A stretch of DNA of 64,000 nt from Heteronotia binoei (Eukaryota), in the NCBI RefSeq assembly GCF_032191835.1, contig NC_083224.1, positions 52,018,001-52,082,000 of the forward strand, given 5' to 3'. The position numbers and the translations under genes were made by a program. Below, in pieces: positions 36,087-48,224 of the stretch. The notes beneath the pieces are model-generated. The model worked only from the letters and a program-made list of their open reading frames with translations, made no database searches and had not been told where the DNA came from. Every line of letters begins with the position of its first letter. Position 1 is the first letter of the stretch.

Positions 36087-36585
36087 TAGGCTTCCCAACC
36101 CTCCCGCCCTGGCGGGGGACCCCAGAATTTCCAGCCTCTTCCCCTGCTCCCCAAAAAAACGGAAGGGGGGGAACTGTGCCAAGGAGCCTGGCGAGCCGCC
36201 CCATCTCGGAGCGGGCGATGCCGCTGCGCTGCTTCCGCCTCTTCTCCGCTTCACCGTAGCTGCTCCTCCGAGATGGGCTCAGGCTGAGCCCATCTCAGAG
36301 GACCAGCTACGGTGAAGCGGAGAAGAGGCGGCAGCTGCGCAGCGGTGTCGCCCGCTTCGCCTCTGAGGTGAAATCAGAGAAGGGGAGGGTGAAGGGAAGG
36401 AAGGCATTTAAAAAGTTGTGAGGTCCTTTTAATTGTGATGGACAGAACTCCCTTTGGAGTTCAATTGTGCTTGTCACACCCTTGCTCCTAGCTCCACCCC
36501 AGTGTCTCCTGGCTCCACCCCAAAAGTCTCCTGGCTCCACCCCCAAAGTCCCCAGATATTTCTGGAATTGGACTTGGCAACCCTA
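36087..36585. mobile_element. hAT-Blackjack-like MITE with an internal CpG-rich palindrome
   Basis: taggcttccc/ggcaacccta ends, perfect TSD tcataaac (36079-36086 and 36586-36593). Confidence 0.8.
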
Positions 36586-37610
36586 TCATAAACATAGATT
36601 AGCAGCAATTTGGGAAACTCATAATCATAACAAATAATCAGATTGGCATTTTGATCAATGCTTTCAGCCTTTCTGTATACTCATTTTCACTGCCCATTGG
36701 AAAGATTTCTTGTTCTGTGTATGTTTTATAAAATACATAAGATGATATCTTTTAATGGCCTTATGTATTAGGCAGAATGAACTGCTCCAATGAGGAATAA
36801 TGGCTTGTATCCAAGCTTGATTTTCTACCTGCTTAAGAGCACTTCCACTTGGCAGGAGGGAGGCATTTTTGCTGTCTTCCTACTACTACTGAAGACCCCT
36901 ATATTGTACCCAGTGCTGTTTCTACTGGGTTCCCAAGCAGCATTTGTTTATTTATTCATTTGCAAGGGTGTGTGCACTGGACTGCAGCAGAGAAGGGAGA
37001 TAAGAAGTTTCTGGTAGTCTTGCTCAGTGCCTTTCATAGCATTTCAAGAGATTGGGCCATATTTTCTGAGCCTGATACGGCAAGATTTTTCTACTTCACC
37101 TTCCCAGTTCCAGGATATTCAGAATTTATCATTTGTTCTGTTCACTGACCTGGAATAGTAGCTGGTCTGGGTTTACACACACTTGGGGCCAAACTGAACA
37201 TTGCGGTTATAATGTCTGGGTTCCCTGGACCCAACTCATATTACCTGCAGCCACACAGCAGTTGTGGGGAACAGTTTCTTTTTTAAAAGGAGAGCCCAAA
37301 CAAGTTTGGAATGGCTTCTGCCCCCACCAGCCATTTCCCACACAAAAACCACTCGGTTTATTTCCTTGATTTTGTCGCTTGTCATGCACAGATACACCAC
37401 ACAAAGCATCAAAACTGGGTAAATGGCTTTTGTAAAATGGCATTGTGTAAATGTCACCTTTTCCCCTCAAAACTAAAAGCACCTCTACTGATCAGTAGCT
37501 TTATCTGTACAGTAAATAATACACAGCAGTCCAATACCAAAAACTCAACAGCTCGAAGAATCCAATTCATCAATGCAGTACAGACACTTGAGAAATGTGG
37601 TGGAACTCAC

Positions 37611-37718
37611 TGTCTCAATGGTTCCACAATCTCCTGTCTTAGTATTTGCTGTGCTGTTGTATCGTGTACCTCAGCAGAATCAAGGATGCTATCCAAGGCA
37701 GAGGAGAAACTGAATAAA
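37611..37718 (-). CDS. CYLD-like USP exon (108 nt)
   Basis: LFSFSSALDSILDSAEVHDTTAQQILRQEIVEPLR vs human LFAFSSVLDTVLL...QELLRTEIVNPLR; tttatag| and CA|gtgagt. Confidence 0.92.
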
Positions 37719-38102
37719 CTATAAAGAAACACACACAGAATATGTACACTGAAGTATAAAATAGATTGAATCACAATGAATCACAAAACATAGCCTGCTA
37801 TTATCTAGGCCCAGTCCATGTACTGACTACACTGCGCCATCTCTGAGGCAGTAGCAACCCCAGAGCACAACATACAACTGTAACTCCATCCAGTTAGTCA
37901 TTTTGCAGGTGATAAGAAAAATGAATATTCTAAAATGGCCAAAGCATTGTTTTTGGAAGAGGCAGCCGACATAGCAAAGTAAAGGAAGGAAAAGACACTG
38001 GTTTTGAAAAGAGCAGGACTGGATCCAAGCTGGAGTCAATGAGGAGAGGAAACTCACAACCCACGGAACTAGGCTCCCATTCAGAGTTAGCACACAACAA
38101 AC

Positions 38103-38244
38103 CTGAAAAGGGTTGTGTCGAGGTAGCAGGAATTGCATTGTCCCCGGATTCCCTTCATGGCACCTTCCACCTTCAGCAAAATTTCATGTTCCCAAGCTGC
38201 TTCACTGTTATTTTCTGCCCAATTCCGAATTAGGTATCTGCCCT
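38103..38244 (-). CDS. CYLD-like USP Cys-box exon (142 nt)
   Basis: GRYLIRNW...GAMKGIRGQCNSCYLDTTLFS vs human [20 protein letters not shown]; acceptor ttttctag, donor AG|gtttgt. Confidence 0.93.
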
Positions 38245-38275
38245 CTAGAAAAACAGTATGTACTTGTTTAGGCTT

Positions 38276-38758
38276 AGGGTTGCCAAGTCCAATTCAAGAA
38301 ATATCTGGGGACTTTGGGGGTGGAGCCAGGAGCAAGAATGTGACAAGCATAATTGAACTCAAAGGGAGTTCTGGCCATCACATTTAAAGGGATCGCACAC
38401 CTTTTAAAATCCCTTCCTTCCATAATAAACAATGGATAGGGGCACCTTCTTTCGGGGCTCATAGAATTGGACCCCCAGTCCAATCTTTTTGAAACTTGGG
38501 AGAAATTTTGGGGAGAGGCACTGGATGCTATGCTGCAAATTTGCTGCCTCTATCTCAAAAAACAGCCCCCTCCAAAGCCCCAGATACCCACGGATCAATT
38601 CTGCATTATTTCCTATGGGAATAAGACTCCATAGGGAATAATAGAGTTCCCGGTAGCCATTTCCCTCCCCTCACTCCGCTTTCTGATGATTCTGAAGTGG
38701 GTGGAGGGCCTCCAAACTGGGGGATCCCCTGCCCTCACCTGGGGATTGGCAACCCTAC
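38276..38758. mobile_element. TAGGGTTGCCA-type hAT MITE
   Basis: tagggttgccaag ... ggcaacccta; body shared with 36400-36585 and 57545-58000. Confidence 0.7.
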
Positions 38759-39697
38759 ATAAACAGATTCCTATATAAAGACTGTGAAAACAATGCAAAA
38801 CAAGCACAGAGACACACACTTCTGTGCGTTCTTTCTTTTTTTCTTTCTTTCTCTCTCTCTCTCTCTTTCACACACACACTTAACTGTCTCTGGTGCCTCC
38901 ACAAGGAGGTCCGACGAGTACTGGGGCTACGCTGCTCTCTTTTACACACACACTTACTTGCTCTGAAACAAACCAAAAAAAATGGAGGGGAGGGGCTCTG
39001 CTGCTGACCCTTCCCCATAAAGTACTTCCTGCTTAACTTTAAAGGCACACACAAACATTTTGAAACCGGATCTGTTTGCAGGTTTCTAAACCTGCTGGAT
39101 ATCTACAGGTACATGGTGGCTATGGGGGAGGGGATTCCCTCGCCGGCCAGCTGGCTGGGGGCGGGAGGAAGCCTGTAAAACCAGGGGATCCTTTGCTGGG
39201 ACCTGGGGATTGGGAAGCCTATTTAGGCTACATCTCCATTAGAAAGAAGGAGCAATCCAACTTTATTAGAATAACTAGTCATCTGGATTTTTGGCCACTG
39301 TGTGACAGTGTTGGACTGGATGGGCCACTGGCCTGATCCAGTATGGCTTCTCTTACGTTCTTATATTCTTATATAAAGTCTCCACATTATTTATATTCTT
39401 ATATAAAGTCACCACTGGATGGGAGCCTAGTCAAACAAGTGTACCTAATTTAAAAAATGGTGGTCAAATGAAGATTTCAGAAAACGGGCTTTGGAATACA
39501 TTCCACAAGGTTCTATGGAGCTGTAGACCAGCTTAGCCTGAGCTCATCAGAGCTTGGGAGTTAAGCAGGGTTGGTCACAGTCAGTACTTGGAGACCACTA
39601 AGGAAGACTGGGATTGCTGTGCAGAGGCAGCCAATGGTAAATCATCTCTGCTTCACAGCACATTCTTCTTCAGTCTCCTCATGATGGGTACTATATT

Positions 39698-39824
39698 CCA
39701 GGGTAGCTCTCCAGATGCTTTTTGCCTACAACTCCCATCAGCCCCAGCCAGCATGGCCAATGGCTGGGATTGATGGGAGTTGTAGGCAAAAAACATCTGG
39801 AGAGCTACCATTGGCCATCCCTGC
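39698..39824. mobile_element. Palindromic hAT MITE (same family as 62505)
   Basis: Foldback structure; TSD ctatattc/ctatagtc. Confidence 0.7.
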
Positions 39825-40753
39825 TATAGTCCACTTCTGTTGATCTGACAGGCTTTAGCATCTTTCCACATGATGTTTTAGATCTAAGGGATATGACAAA
39901 AATGTCAAGATGTGTTCAGGGGGCACCCTGTTCCCTCCATGTAGCATAGTCTGGTACCAAGGTTGAAAGAGGTTGGGCTGCAGTAGAGACAAGAGGCAAC
40001 TCCCAATCCAACACATTTCTAATGAGCAGATGTGGTCCCTGAACGTTCTCCTTTTCACAATGTGCCTTTTCATAATTTTACCTCTGTGCCACCCAAAGAA
40101 GGAACAAGACATAAAGGGAAACCTAGTAAAAAGTCTGTTAAATGAGTGCAGAAAATACATTCATGTGAGCTGAGGCTGGATCCTAAGGAGAATTTCCCCA
40201 AATGGAAGGGGAAGCAATTTCCCCACATTCCCACCTCTTGCCTCAGACCTCTAACTTCATGCTGTTCCTGGGGAGGGGGCGGATATTCCTTGTCTTCCAG
40301 GAGTAGCATGGGAGACTGAGGGAGGTGGAAGGTGAAGAAGTTCTGTTCTGCTGACAGAAATCACTTCAGCCAGTAGAAATTTTATGCAGGAGCCAAGCCA
40401 TTTTTATCATATCAAGGAGGCTATGGTTGGGTTTGAGTGCAGACCTGCCCCTCCCAATAACAGTTAAAGCTGCATCATGGAGAACTCCAAGACAAAGAAG
40501 CAAGGCACAAGTTTTTTTCAATAAGATGATTATGACAAAAATGTGAGGTTCTGGAATAAAAGGCAATCCTTTGAAATCAGGAAAATTGTGCAGTAGGACT
40601 AGAGATCCCTATGGCAGGTAACAAGGTACAAACAAAGGTGAAATATTAGCCAGTCAAGTAGTCAAGCCCTCTTGCCATTTTTATGAGGTCTTTGCTCAAT
40701 TTCATTACAGCAGGGAGAAATGGCAATAGTGGAGCTAACCCTGAGAATCTTAC

Positions 40754-40808
40754 TTGCATCCACCTTCAGTCTAGAGAACCTGTTACTAAGAGCAACAATC
40801 CTGGGATC
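40754..40808 (-). CDS. Candidate 55-nt CYLD-like linker exon (DPRIVALSNRFSRLKVDA)
   Basis: Acceptor tttttcactgcattag|GAT, donor GCAA|gtaaga; phase 0 in and phase 1 out, which bridges exon 1 to the Cys-box exon; sequence similarity is weak. Confidence 0.4.
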
Positions 40809-41109
40809 CTAATGCAGTGAAAAACATCAGTGTTAAAATGGAAACATTTGTGTCAAGCAAAAATCTATACATTGCTGTGGACTTGTAACTACAGCAATGC
40901 TATATTTCATCAGCAATTCTGTAAATATTTTAGAATATGTGTGTCTTAAAGGATGAGGGATACACAGGTGCATAGACAGGAGGTAGCAGAAGACCCAGAG
41001 AGTAAGAGCTGTGGAGAGAGGAATGGGAAGAGTCAAGTTATTCTGCCAGAAGCTTCCAGTCACCAGAAGGCCCAAAAAACCACCAAAAACACCCTGAACC
41101 AAGTATTAC

Positions 41110-41546
41110 CATGCCCTCACCAGCATTCACCTCAATGAGAACCATTTTCAGATCTTCATTGCCAGGATTCCTGAGCCGTTCCCAGAAGCCTCTCACAATG
41201 CCAGCTGTCATTACGCTGCCATATCTCAGGAAGACCACATCATGGAGTTTCAGGAAGCAAATGGAGGTGAAGTGCTGCTCATTGCAAAAAAGGCTGTACC
41301 TCTTTTTGGGGCTGTCAATGGCGAGCAAGAGGGCAGCCTGATGGTGATTTAGTGGGTTTATGTGGCTGCTCATCAAGGCTATGACAGGCCTAGATTTCTG
41401 GTCAACAATGTGGCCTATGTTGTGTTTCCCCTTGATGAAGCATCCAATAGACCCCAAAGGGATCTTCTTTCTGCCTGCATGGATCTCTTGACTCTCAATG
41501 AAGGCCTCCTTCTTCTCCAGCACAAATTCCATGGCTGGCAATAGAC
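41110..41546 (-). CDS. CYLD-like first coding exon (N-terminal region and start of a CAP-Gly1-like fold); ATG at 41532
   Basis: Acceptor ttttgcag|GTC at 41546, Kozak GCCAGCCATGG, open frame MEFVLEKKEAF...KKIPLGSIGCFIK...LLLAIDSPKKRYSLFCNE...GIVRGF...MVLIE; candidate donors after 41131, 41121 or 41110 (cannot choose between them). Confidence 0.85.
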
Positions 41547-41759
41547 CTGCAAAAATGGAAAAACTTGATGGATTAAGGTTGTTTCAAATGAAAAAAATTA
41601 ATTAATTTTTTTAAAGGTTATTTCAAATGCATGCAAGATTCACTCTAAATCTATATACAACTGTTAGGGTTGTATGGTAGTATTGTAACAATTTAGGCTT
41701 GGATCCTATGAACAAGTTCTGTGCTGCAATCACACTTCCTTTTCCCCTATAGAATGGAC

Positions 41760-42230
41760 TAGGGATGGGCACAGAATGCAAAAATGGTGATTTGTTTTGT
41801 TTTGTGGTTCATTGGTTTGCCCAATTTGGTAGTTTGGTTCATGTTGTTTTTCTTTTTTAATTTTCTGAACAAACTGTGGTTTGTTGGTTTGTTTGGTTCG
41901 GGAGGGCTAGAAAGTGCTGGTGCACCGCAGACATTTTCTGGCATGATGATGTCATCCAGAAGTGACACCATCACACTGGGCACGTTTGCAAGGATGACAT
42001 GCCTGGCACAATAGCATCACTTGCAGGTGTGAAGTCATTGCACCAGGCACATTGTGGTGGGAGAGGAGGATCCCTTGCCTATAACAACACAAACAAACCT
42101 CCCAAAAAACAAGGCACTTCATTTTGCAAGTCATGCATAGTGTGAGTACCTGAACCAATTTGAAATGAACCATGAATCAGCTATTTTAGATTCAAATCAC
42201 GATTTGTAGTTTGATTCGTACCCATCCCTA
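41760..42230. mobile_element. hAT MITE with Ac-like TAGGGATG termini
   Basis: tagggatggg ... cccatcccta; flanks gaatggac/gcagggac match at 6 of 8. Confidence 0.6.
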
Positions 42231-43511
42231 GCAGGGACCCTAGTGCAAACAGAAGTGCTAGCAGAAGAGGAAGTGTGCGCCACAGCAAGACCTAAGCATT
42301 AGCATTTATATAGGCCTTTTTCTTTTGCTTCTGATCTGGAGAGTCAGGACAGGAGGATGACCCATTAGGGTTATGAACTCTGGGCTGGGAAATTCCTGGA
42401 GGTTGGGGGTTGGGGGGGTGGATCACACCAGGCTTTACTATTCTTTGCTTTTCAAACCTCACACAGAAAGGAAGAAAGATTTCTTTGAATTTCTTAAAAA
42501 GAAGAAGAATTGCAGATTTATGCCCCACCCTTCTCTCTGAATCAGAGACTCAGAGTGGCTTACAATTTCCAAAATTTTGGATCCAGTGGTACCTTTATGA
42601 CCAACAAAATTTATTAAAGTTATAAGTTTTTATGTGCAGGCCACTTCCTCAGACACAGAACCCCTGCCGCCCCCCCCCCCCAAAAAAAATTGCCAACCAA
42701 ATGCCATGAACAAATACAGAATGAATTCCCAGTTCAGACTTGGGGGGAGGAGGAACATATTCTTCAAATAATGATACAAAATAGGAGTCGATTCACCTTT
42801 CAGACCAGCTTAGTGCAATTGACTCCTATTTTGTTCTACTACTTCAGACCAACACGGCTGCCTACTTAGATAATGATACAGTTCATCTGAAATGAAACTC
42901 ATGTACAATGAGAATGCCATCCTTAGCTTATACCCGAAGCTTCATACTACCTCTGTTAAGAACACAGTAAAATCTGTCTGTCCTACTGCCATCCCATAAC
43001 TTTACAAAGCAAAACTGTGCATACCTGTTCTGGGAAAGGATCTGATTTCTGTTTTGGCAGTTACTGGTAAGAACTTGGGTTGCTGTTTTTATAAATAGCT
43101 CCAAGGGTGTGCCCTGCTTCTTCTGGAGCAGGCAAGCCTCCAGGGAGGGTTTTAAAAATACAGACAGCATTGGTTCATCTTACTCCTGACCATATCCTTG
43201 GAAATGAGCCCCACATTATCTTTAAAGTACAGCTACTAATCATGTGCATCATACATAGATAGAAGTCAACCTTTGTGACTTTCCTCCCCCACGTTTATTA
43301 AAGGTGGAAGCAGAAATGTCCTCTTTCTGCAAACTGGGCCCCAGTGCTGCTTCATTATTACACTCTGGCTACAGGACAGGGGCTAGTTCTATCCTGGCAC
43401 AAAGGAGGAGGTTCCTCTTGTTGCTTTCCAAGATGGTCATCTGTGCCAGCTCCGAGAGTACATACTCACATCCTAGAGCAACTGGAACAGTGCTGTTGAA
43501 TAAACTGTCCC

Positions 43512-43658
43512 CATGGGTGGAATTCTAGCAAGAGCTCATTTGCATAGCCAATCCTCCAAGAGCTTACAAGGCCCTTTATTGTAAACGCTTAGAGGATTGG
43601 CTACATCAGGGGGTGTGGCCTAATATGCAAAGGAGCTCCTGCTAGAATTCTACCCCTG
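43512..43658. mobile_element. hAT MITE
   Basis: TIR CATGGGTGGAATTCTAGCA/TGCTAGAATTCTACCCCTG, perfect TSD actgtccc. Confidence 0.85.
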
Positions 43659-44689
43659 ACTGTCCCTATTTAGCAGGAAGAGTCCATATTTTCTGTTATC
43701 TCTGAAATCACTTTTCCTATTTTGTCCCTGTTTAGCCATTTTAAGGATTCCTTGTAAAATATGGTGTTATGCACTGTCATGTTTACGACTCCTTCCCTAG
43801 GATCTCCAACAGTTAAAATCTCTGGCAGCTGGATGCATCTCATCTTTAGCTCATATCTATTGCAAACACCTGCACATGAACACCAAAGTGCTGTGCAGTG
43901 CATTGCTGCTGCTGTTTTGAATGCGTGATAACACATTGTGGGATAATTATGTTCATCTAGTGTTTCTTTACCAAATCTTCTTGACCTTTGGGCTGCTGCA
44001 CAATAAATGAATATGGCATGCCTTAGTACTGTGGTTAATATGAGAACAGGGTACTGTAAGCATCGTATTGTTTCATTATGGGAGGTGCACTGTATCAAAA
44101 AAGCGAATTGTTGTTTACAATAGTCTAATTCATCAAGCATCAGAATACTAATGCAATATTGTTCTGGGGACCAGGAAGGAGAGCTTTGTGCTTTATCCAG
44201 GCACAGATCATTGCTCAGCAGGAGATGCTGCTTTATCTATTCAGATTATTTTTACAGGTTGCTCTTCCACCCAATAGGTCTTCGAGGTGGCTTTCAGATA
44301 GATTAAAATACAAAGCAGTTTCAGGTGTAAATGCCATGTGAAGGTGCCCTAAAGTGAGTAAGGCAACTCATCTGTCAAGGACATCATTATCTACTCTGAC
44401 TAGCAGCAGCTTCTCAGGGTCTTTCATGTCACCAGCTACCTGATCCCTTCAGGTACCTGGCATTGAACCTGGGACCTGGAAATGTAACCTTATCTGGACT
44501 AGGTGGAATTTTTGTTCCCAAAATGCCCTTTGCCCCCACCCAGTGCACATTGATCTTGTCTGGATTAAATTTCAGTTTATCTACCCTCACCAGGCCCTTT
44601 ATTGTCTTCAGACATTGATTTACTACTATTCTTCACTTTCATTTAGCCTAGAGGATTGCTCCCTATCTTGACATGGATCAATGCCATGG

Positions 44690-44880
44690 TAACACCAAGG
44701 CTAGACTATTGTATCTCACTTTAAATAGGTCTGCCCTTGAGGACAATTCAGAAACTGCAGCTAGTACAGAATGCTACAACTTGATAATTATCGGGGGCTA
44801 GGCAGAGTATGAGATGACACCTGTTCTGCAGTCACTGCACTGGTTATAGATTCAAAGTACTTCATTACGTACAAGCACTT
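44690..44880 (+). mobile_element. Old L2 fragment
   Basis: ctagactattgt...cagaaactgcagctagtacagaatgct...cactgcactgg (degenerate RLDYC..KLQLVQN..LHW). Confidence 0.6.
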
Positions 44881-46026
44881 CGTGGCCTACCACCCACATA
44901 TCTGCAGGACTGCTTCTCCCATTGTGCTCTGCTTTATCTCTGCAAAGTCTTTTGGTGGTGCAACTCTGAAAATGGGTGAGATTGACAGCTGTTTGCACCC
45001 CACCATTCTCTTTTACGGTGGACGACCTGTTTGGCCAGAAAGGCTCCCACATTCCCATCATTCCTCAGAATACTGAAACTTGGGGGGGGTTATAAAGGGA
45101 TTAAGGTTGTAATTAGTATCTGTGAATTCCTAGGCAGTTCTCATTGTACAGTCACTGTGTGTGGAAAGTGTCATTCCCTAATTTTGTGATCCACTCTTAT
45201 TACACTGTTAGTAGTATGTAAGATATAACTGTTCTGCTCTTGAGTTCTTTAGCTATTATTCTGCACTGGAAATGGGAAGCTGGATACATGCCTATAGTTA
45301 TTTAGATGCATGGCATATTGACATTTTCTTTTTTGTTAGTACAATGCTTACACCACAGCAGCTGAAGTGGCAACATAGCACTGGGATGCCTTTTATTCTT
45401 GCCTGGGCTTTTGTTGCCAATAATCAAGCAGAAACAGAATTCATCTGTCCCCTGCTTTCCGTTTGACCTAGATGCCTGACACTTTCCTCTTCTGAGTCAT
45501 CTAATCATCATTTCAAAGGTCTGCATTGAAAAAATAATAATCAGAGACACTTCGCCTTTTGAAAATACCATATTTGCAAAGACAAAGTTATGAGTAATGG
45601 GCAACTCCTAAGCTATCTTAACATGGAATGTGACTTCACTGAACTAGTTATGACATAACCATACAGTAAAACCCAACTGTTTCAGTGGAAAAATATGTGC
45701 ACTGCACTGAAAAAGTTAATTATTGTTTACAATACTCTTAATTCATCATGTTTGATGTTTCTTTACGGTTTCTTGCATAACCTGTATATTAGATAGTTTT
45801 AAATGAGGTCATTTGGAATGGGGAATTTGGAGCAGAGTTACTTGCCATGACAAATTAATCCCATTGAAAGACTAAACAAGATGTTACAAGAAGCAAACAT
45901 AATGTGGGATGTGATGACATTGCATGGTGTGTTTTCTCACCTCACATAATTGGCTGGAGGGGCCACAGTGGCAGCTTCAAGGCCCTTATCAAGTCAAATT
46001 CCACCCAAATTAATCAAGGTTATCAT

Positions 46027-46210
46027 CACGGCTTTTTTTTGGTAGCAGGAACTCCTTTGCATATTAGGCCACACACCGCTGATGTGGCCAATCCTCCAAG
46101 AGCTTACAATAGGCCCTGTAAGAAGAGCCCTGTAAGCTCTTGGAGGATTGGCTACATCAGGGGGGTATAGCTTAATAAGCAAAGGAGTTCCTGCTACAAA
46201 AAAAGCCCTG
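46027..46210. mobile_element. hAT MITE (CAGGGCTTTTTT family)
   Basis: Same body as 54074-54255. Confidence 0.7.
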
Positions 46211-48224
46211 GTTTTCCCTTTCAGGCTCTTTAACTGAGCAAACCAGAGAGAGTTAACTGGCAGCTCAGGAACCCAGTCTAGCTCTGGGATTTCCTGACAG
46301 GATCCCAGGACAGTGCCTGATTCCAAGAACCCTTATCCCATATACCGTGGTTGGTGAGGCATTCTAGGACTGGGGAGATGCAGATTCCAGTGCTTACTCT
46401 GCCATGAAGTTCAGTGGGTGATCTTGAGTCACTGACTTTCTCCCAGCCTAACCTATTTGACAAGGTTGCTATGAAAATAAAAGGAACCATGTGCACTGCC
46501 TTGAGATCTTTGGAAGGAGGATGAGGTAACAATAGAAGAAAGCTGAGACACAGGCAAACAGCTCTTTAACCCACCTATGTATGAATACAGAGAGGTTCTG
46601 TCAGAGTTCTTCCCCTTATGTTTCTAAGGTGTTAGCAAAAAAAAAAAAAAGGGCAAATGAGGGCAGGTGGTTCAGGAGAATAAAGGGAGAGCTCTTCCAA
46701 AACCACAGCAGGTGTTCATACTGGAGGGGAGAGGACTTCTAGGGTCTTGGCTTGTGTGGGACTGAGTCACTGTGAGGAGTTAATTGTACTCATTTCTTGT
46801 CCTGTTTAAATTAGGCATACTTTAGAAAGCCAGTGCTGTGTAGAATGCCTGACGGACAAGGAGACCTGGATCTGAGACCCACAGCAGTGAAGATCACATG
46901 GGCCAGTAACATTATTTTCAACCTAACCTACTTCAGATCACTGTTGTGTGGAATGGTAGAACCAGGATGCTCTGAGCTCCTTGGAAAAGGGCAGGAAAAA
47001 AGATGTAGCAGCAGGCTCTGTTCTGTGAAGGGAGATGCAAATGCTCTGCCCACATGTAGGCGCTCCCCCAGGCTATATGAGACGCGATTTAGTTCAGCAG
47101 TAGAACACATGCTTCTATGCAGAAGACTCAGACCTTTTTTTTCTTGGGGACCACAGCAGGATGGAGTTCCAGAACCTCTTTGTGGAAACAAATTTTTTTT
47201 AAAAAAAATTAAAAGTTCATGAGTGGCACCCATGTGTTTCTCCTTCCTTTCCCTCTTCAGAGTTCAGCACCTCTTTTCCCAGAAAAAAAAAGTCCTGAGA
47301 AGATCCCAGGTTTAATCTGTACCAACTTCAGTGGAAAGAGTCTTGGGTAGCAGCTGGTCAGAAGGACTGATCTCAGTCAGAGACCCTGAACAGCTGTTGT
47401 TGGTCAAAGTGCTCAGCTGTAAGCTAAACAGACCATTCATTTGACTCAACATAAATTGATTTTTAGATTACCTGAAATGATTCTCCAGAAAGCCTTATTA
47501 TCATTAGATTTTATCAAGCGGTAAAGTTGGTCCCATTTATTCTGAAAGAAAACTTTCTTTTTGGATGTAATAAGCTCCAGATAGGCTGTTTCACAAGCAA
47601 TGTAGGCTTTAATTTTTGTTGGGTCTTTGGAGTGACAGGCCTCAATTCAGCATATATTGCTTGTTTGTTCCTTTTATCATAATCTCTGTAAAGATTTATT
47701 TTGTAAGCTTTCTTTCTCCCCAGATTTGTCTATTCTGCCATCCTGTTATTATTTATTGAACGATACTGAAGGGGAGGTTAGCGAGGCTGTGGCAAAATTT
47801 TTGGCTGACATCCTTAAATTTAAATCTGACCATGTATGAATGCATCTGTAAGCTTGGTTTCATTTTGATTTTATCTCCAATGTTTAAATTTTTATATTCT
47901 GTGTATTTTTATTTGCAACTGTTATGCCATGAAAGGTTTGGTATGGTATGGACTCAACATGAAACAGCTCTATATGTCCATTGCTCCCATAGTGGTACAT
48001 GAGAAAGATTCACACAGCTCCATGCAATCCCCAAAGATTCCAGATTTCAGTGGCTTGCAGACCTATTGTAGGTAGTTGTGAGACTAGGAGACAAGAAGAT
48101 GAACAAGGTGAGCTGGGAGAGGAGGGTTTCTGGGCCTGCCTCTCCCAGTGGTGGGAAAAGGATAGAAGAGGGAGAAACCAGAAGAAAAATGTGCTTTCAA
48201 GTCACAAAGTGCCCTTAGGTTAGA

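Larger units (their letters stand above)
27447..41546 (-). pseudogene. CYLD-like ubiquitin carboxyl-terminal hydrolase paralog, disrupted (in-frame TGA; His-box and B-box exons not found); pseudogene or catalytically dead pseudo-DUB
   Basis: Eight minus-strand exons translate to CYLD-like segments (KIPLGSIG, LLLAIDSPKKRYSLF, KGIRGQCNSCYLDTTLFS, LFSFSSALDSIL, GYVGAENVMNLRKLL..TEEKDPEEFLNVL..EPLLKI, LKFAE, IPSCLILQMPRFGKGFK..YPSLELDLT, RRFFCDSYTFMYQ); GT-AG sites and phases chain in frame; exon lengths 142, 67 and 109 nt match human CYLD exons as recalled. Confidence 0.88.

Noticed and set aside
39855-40160. Acceptor-like site near 40088 and ORFs as a possible CAP-Gly exon
   Set aside because: Frames either stop at once or show no CYLD or CAP-Gly similarity.
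43670-44140. 156-aa minus-strand ORF upstream of the CYLD-like gene
   Set aside because: Starts at a non-ATG codon in the track, has no recognisable motif and ends at a MITE junction; a BLASTp hit or Ribo-seq signal would be needed.
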